Source: Balanoglossus misakiensis (taxonomy: Eukaryota > Animalia > Hemichordata). From it: a stretch of DNA of 64,000 bases. Numbering within the stretch: the stretch's first letter is position 1; the number at the start of each line of letters is the position of its first letter. The stretch is from contig CM082588.2 in the NCBI GenBank assembly GCA_040954595.2, positions 1,231,935 through 1,295,934 on the forward strand, read 5' to 3'. Shown here in pieces: positions 58,585 to 64,000 of the stretch. The notes beneath the pieces were generated by a model. It made no database searches, was not told the origin of the DNA, and was given only the letters and a program-made list of their open reading frames with translations. Both the position numbers and the translations under genes were made by a program.

Positions 58585-61015
58585 ATGCCTATCAAAGCTG
58601 TGTGCGTGTTGAAAGCAGACAAGATCGAAGGGACTATCCACTTTGAACAAGAGGTAAGCAAAACCATTAGCTGGAATGTCGCGGCGTGAATGGTTGCCAG
58701 TAAATCAAGGGGTCGCGTTTGGGTCGCCCATCCCACTACCAAGTTGATCCAGGTAGCTCTAGGGCGAGAGAAAACAGTTATTTCCATCTCGACAACATTA
58801 AAATGCTAAATTTCAACTCTCCAAGCTCAACAGCCAAGGACGACGTCATATGACGCGAATCTCGGCTCTGTCGAAAGCGAAAGGTACATACATGAAATGA
58901 ACAAGCTCTGCGCGTTCAGCGTGGGAGGTCGCGCTTTCACCGCGCGCGTTGACTGACTGCTGAGTCATGCAAATTGCACCCGGACAATCAAATTGTTTTC
59001 CCGTAGTAGATATAGAATCTGATATAAAAAGTACACGCGCTTGAATATATATCACAGCCGCCAAAAAAATCGCTCTACGACTACGTACAAGCGCTTTGTG
59101 CAGTTATATCTACTTTGCATGTCTTGCGCTACTAGTCTTGCGCTGTACATTTCAACAATGCAATTGTATCGTTACATTGATTTCCTATACAGTCTGTATA
59201 CTCGCACAAACCTTACCAACAACCTCGCATATGCAAGTTACAATTCACGGCCAAATTTCAGGTTTAACCATAAATGTAGCCACCTTGGGAACGCCGAAAT
59301 GCGAACCCCGAAATATGATTTGTTGGGCGGGGTGATTTAGATAAAGGAGTTAGTGCAGTGGGAAGAAGTTGAGGCTGATCTCTTCACCTTTGTTCATGTA
59401 AAGTAACGGCTCCAACTGCACTATATCTGGTGTGATCATTCTCGCCAGTGTAAAGGTCAGAGTTATGTGTGCATATATAAGTGTAGCCACGTGCGCACCA
59501 AGTCATGGATATCCTGGTGATCTATCACATGGAGACAAATATGTTTTTTAAATAAAGAAAAGTCCTGGAGAGGTGTGAACCATTTTAAATCTGATACATG
59601 TATCATACTTATATTTCCAGGCAGCTGGGAGTCCAGTGAAGGTATCTGGGTCAATTTGCTCATTGGATGCTGGTCTCCATGGTTTCCATATCCACGAATT
59701 TGGTGACAATACAAATGGTAAATCTGTCCATTGATAAACTATTGTTTGGCAAGCTTCCTGAGAAAAACAATGTCAGTTATTACCTATTGTTTATATGCAT
59801 CAAATGAAACAATGTCACTATACATGTTGGTCTGTGCGAGAGCATGACTTAGTTGTGCCTTGTTGGCATTATTCATAATTTGGCATACTAACATGCTGCA
59901 TCATGAATCACACAAGCTGCATGATTTGGCACAGCTCCAAAGAAATAGTAACTTGAAGTTGAACACCAGATCCTTTTTCACTGAGAGAGTCCATTCTTCC
60001 ATTGATAGTATTTTGTACTGCCACATTGTGGACTGGTGTATATATAGTTAACTGATATGATTCTTATTTTAGACCACTATATTTTGTGGTAACAACCAAT
60101 CAAAGTCTACTGATAAGACCAGTGAAGTGGACTATTTTTGTCTATGGTAGACAGGCTAATACTAGTGTATTTTGTTTCTGTTTATACTGAAATGCTTTTG
60201 AGGTACTATTATTTGTATTTTAATTAATCAACAATAATTTCCATCTGGTGTTTTGTAGGTTGCACCAGTGCTGGGTCTCATTTCAACCCACACGGCAATA
60301 CACATGGGGGACCAACTGATCCAAAAGAGAAAAGGTAAATTACTGGATACTTAGCTATCAGGATGGTAGCCCCCTGGACATTTTTCACCTAGACATTTCC
60401 AAACTGCCATTCAAAAGTGTTAGAGGTGAGGGGTCATGTCCAGGGGGTTGCAGTCCTAGAACGGATCCATACTTTATGGTGCATGGTGGTATATGTTCTG
60501 TACATGAAAGCCTCTTGATATTGTCATATAAATTGGACTTAACAGTGAAATATTATTGCTTGCATTTCCACAGACATGTTGGAGACTTGGGCAATGTAGA
60601 AGCAGGCACTGATGGTACAGTCACTGTCAACATTACAGATTCCCTAATCAGTCTCACTGGGGAACACTCCATCATTGGACGATCTCTGGTTGTAAGTACA
60701 TAGTTTCATCACCCAATCATCCATATGATAACTTTCTGAAAATGTTGAAGTTCATGGTTAAAATTAAGTATGCTTCAAGCTGAAGGAAAATTTTGAGCAG
60801 TCTCTACATGTCATGAATGTGGATCGCCATTTTGATATTGACAACAGTTTTTCCTCATTATTGTGGAAATGACACTTCCATGCATTGTATCTGATCTTAC
60901 TTTGTAGGTGCATGCTAAGGCGGATGATCTTGGCAAGGGTGGCGATGACGAGAGTTTGAAGACTGGCAATGCAGGGGGTCGAATTGCATGTGGTGTCATT
61001 GGCATCACCAAATAA
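58585..61015 (+). CDS. SOD1: Cu/Zn superoxide dismutase (cytosolic)
   Basis: Five exons 58585-58653, 59621-59717, 60259-60334, 60574-60691, 60908-61015; [77 protein letters not shown]. Confidence 0.98.
58958..58983. promoter_or_regulatory. ARE + octamer + MRE composite in SOD1 intron 1
   Basis: TGCTGAGTCAT (58958-68), ATGCAAAT (58967-74), TGCACCCGG (58975-83). Confidence 0.55.
60370..60465. mobile_element. Possible MITE remnant in SOD1 intron 3
   Basis: Inverted pair CCCCCTGGACAT / ATGTCCAGGGGG with an inner TCACCT / AGGTGA pair. Confidence 0.35.
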
Positions 61016-64000
61016 ATAGTCACTTCTTTTAGCAAGCCACTTTTGTTACTGAAATACATACTCCTTTTCAGTTAGTTACCCAGTGAAAAAATGTTTCACT
61101 GAGAGGGAAAAAAAGACACCTGGATAGTTTCTAGTAAATAGAAACAATTCATTTGGGAAACACTGAAAATTGAATAAAAGTGGTTTTTGCACACATTGTT
61201 TTTGTTCATCATAGTGGCATTTGTTTCCTAGCAGGGGATAATTTCATCAACTGTAATGATTCTTCAAACTGCTTGATTGTGGATGTAAAAACTTCAGTTG
61301 TTTAACTAGAGGGTGGTGATGATGGTTGGTGAAATCATGTCAAGTTCAAACACCTTCAAAGCTTCAGTTGATGACAGAATTGACATTGAAATTGATGAAT
61401 GTTGAAACCATATCCTCGATTTATCATTTTGTATTTGTTATACCTCTGTTTTGTGCAAGTCATATCCATACAATAATAAAGACTTGGGTTTACATGGTTC
61501 TACGGTGTTTTTTGTGTGTAGAATGTTGTTGAAGATATATAACTGATTGAGTGTGTGAGAGCAAAACCCAAATTTTTATGCCATCCTGGAGTTTTGTAAA
61601 GCTTATATTGGTCATCTTAGCTTTATTAAAAGTAATCAATAGAATCATGAAGGGTGCATCAATCTACAGTGACTCAAATGCAAAAAATACCATAACTTTA
61701 CTACAACATCAACTGTCAGAAGATAGCGATTTAATATTCTACGCTGCCAACACTTGCAAGGAAATGCCTTGTTTCCACTTCAAACGCATTACACATCTGA
61801 AAATACTTCTGATTCTCATTGCAGATTTCTGCCATGTTTAACAAATGAAAGTTCACACGCTTAGAGAAAAACTGACAAAAGGTAAACAAGTTGAACAAGT
61901 AAGTTCTACTTGCAAACTAGAAAGAACTGAATGATGTGTCATGTGATAAAGATGACCAAGATGATTTCAAAAAGCATTTAAAAAAAGCATAAAATTAAAG
62001 TCCACAGTTCCAACTTTCATGTGCACAACTAGAATGCCAAATTCATTTGTGGATGAGATTGAGAATAGCTGAAAAAGAACCCTCAGTCAAAAGTAATTCT
62101 GAGATCGAACAAAATGGTCAGCTTGCTCAATTTTTAGATACAATTTCATTTAATAGTTTTGTCCATGGAAAAGTCTTGGTGGAAAAAATACAGACCTAAC
62201 ACGGTTTGTCTTCTCATGGTCTTATATTTCATAAGCTTGCATGGTGACCTCTGTTTTTTTCCTGACTTACAAAGAGAATAAAAAAAAAAATCCACAATTA
62301 AAAGAACTGACAGAGCTTGAACCTTACCGATTGTAAATCCTGAAGTTTCCTTCTCCATTGCGACTGCCCTTAACCTATGAAACAATATGCAATGTCAATT
62401 TCGAGGTTCACATGGGATAATCTGGAGCAACCAACACATTGATTCCACAAGATGTCTTGTAGAGGTACAGAAATCTGCCTGAATCCTGTCTTTGGACGAT
62501 TTGTAATACATCACAGATTAATTTACATACATAGACAACACATCTGTATGGGATCTGATTGGTTGCCTTGCGCTGTCACCGACTTGACCTTATCTGACCT
62601 CAACAAGCCTCCATGGTTACAACCAATCAAATGCTTTCAGCAGGATTGCTCATGTTTACACCATGAATTTCTTTAAAATAGACTTGCATTGTTCTTTACC
62701 AGAGGGCACCAAAAAACATCAGCAATGCATAGCACTGACATACCTAAACACTACTTGAGTACTGCAACAACTACAGTCCACACACACACAACCTGCTGAA
62801 AACAAGATCCTTGAAGTACCGTGTATCAACCCACCTCATAAAGATGCCTGGCTCTGAAACTTGGTACTTAAAAACTTGCCACAATCCTAGTGCACACAAC
62901 TTACTCACAGTAGAACAACCACCTGGGTAGAGTGAACTATTAGTAAACAAATGAACTACAACTAGATACATGTAGTTAGTTTGTATCAGAATATTCATCT
63001 CTCAACATCCACGTACACCTATGGTAACTGAAAACTTTGCATACTTTCACAAAATTAAAATCGAACTTTACAATTTTTTTGTCTTGAAAAATCCCCCTAT
63101 CCACATTTATAATGGGTCCCCTAACATTGGCGTAGTGGGCTCTCTGATGCTTTTAAACTTTCAAGTGAAGCTTCATGCATCATACTTTAACCCTTTGCCC
63201 TCTGATCCCCCCTCCCCTTATGCGAATTATCCTTCAGAAGTTTTCTTCCAATATGGGTTCAGACGAGTAAGGTCTTCTTGAGAACACATTCTGTAAGTCT
63301 AAAAATATGGACTGGATAACACACTTGCCAAAAGAGGACAAAGGTTCCGCAACACATTAGGAATTCCCCATCAGAAATTCTGGCCACTGACAAAAATAAA
63401 CGCAACTATGTACTATTTAAAAACGAATGTGTATCCCCACATGGTTGTACAACTTTCCTCCATCAATACTACATTCTCAACACCATATAACAACTACAGT
63501 AGAGCACACAAGAAAGTCAAAACCTGGGGGGTTAAAAATAAAATGTGAAATGCACAGTGAGCCTATTTGGACCACTGTGCCTACTTACACGCCAGAAGTT
63601 TTCTAAAGATTCTCTTTGCTTCTCTACAGATCTTGCTTTGACTGACTTGACCCCAACTCCACCACAACAGCATAATTAGCATTACCTACGTTTGCCACGA
63701 TTGTTGTCTTCGATATAACTGCCTTCATGTCGTGCTATTATTAATTCAGTGGGTTCAATTTACAATATGGTTTGAACACTTTGGTATGTAGTGTTAAGTT
63801 TTATCACAAAACTAATAAAATTTGCCACACCAACCTGTGAAATTCTGATCACAGTGAGAATATTGCCTGTGACTGGTCTTTGATATAGTTCTGCAAATTA
63901 TGCTCCCTTTCCCAACTTCTCAGATGCGTGATTCAATCTAGAAAGCACAAACTACTATCTTCACAAATTCTTGGAACAGCCTTGTGTTATCCAAGACAAT

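Noticed and set aside
61200-64000. Short ORFs at the right end
   Set aside because: No recognisable motifs or exon chain; the region looks like UTR or intergenic sequence.

Overview
Intron-rich, AT-rich animal genomic DNA (an invertebrate bilaterian, plausibly lophotrochozoan; the species cannot be fixed from sequence alone). It is not prokaryotic, and I found no CRISPR array, rRNA or tRNA. Gene order: probable 3' end of an upstream gene; a multi-exon gene with an N-terminal C2HC zinc finger, coiled coil and C-terminal CAP-Gly domain, with candidate alternative first exons; a decayed LINE RT fragment; an unrecognised ~894-aa single-exon protein behind a tandemly duplicated promoter/first exon; CHD1L/ALC1 with an extra XRCC1/LIG3-like C-terminal BRCT domain attached via two U12 introns; a CTCF site and ~7 kb of nested tandem repeats; CUL5 (-) head-to-head with VBP1/PFDN3 (+); an intronless sulfotransferase-like gene nested on the same strand in VBP1 intron 4; an orphan class A GPCR; UTP11; and Cu/Zn SOD1 with ARE/MRE motifs. 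Exon boundaries were assigned by hand from splice signals and reading-frame phase, and homologies come from recalled motifs, not database searches.
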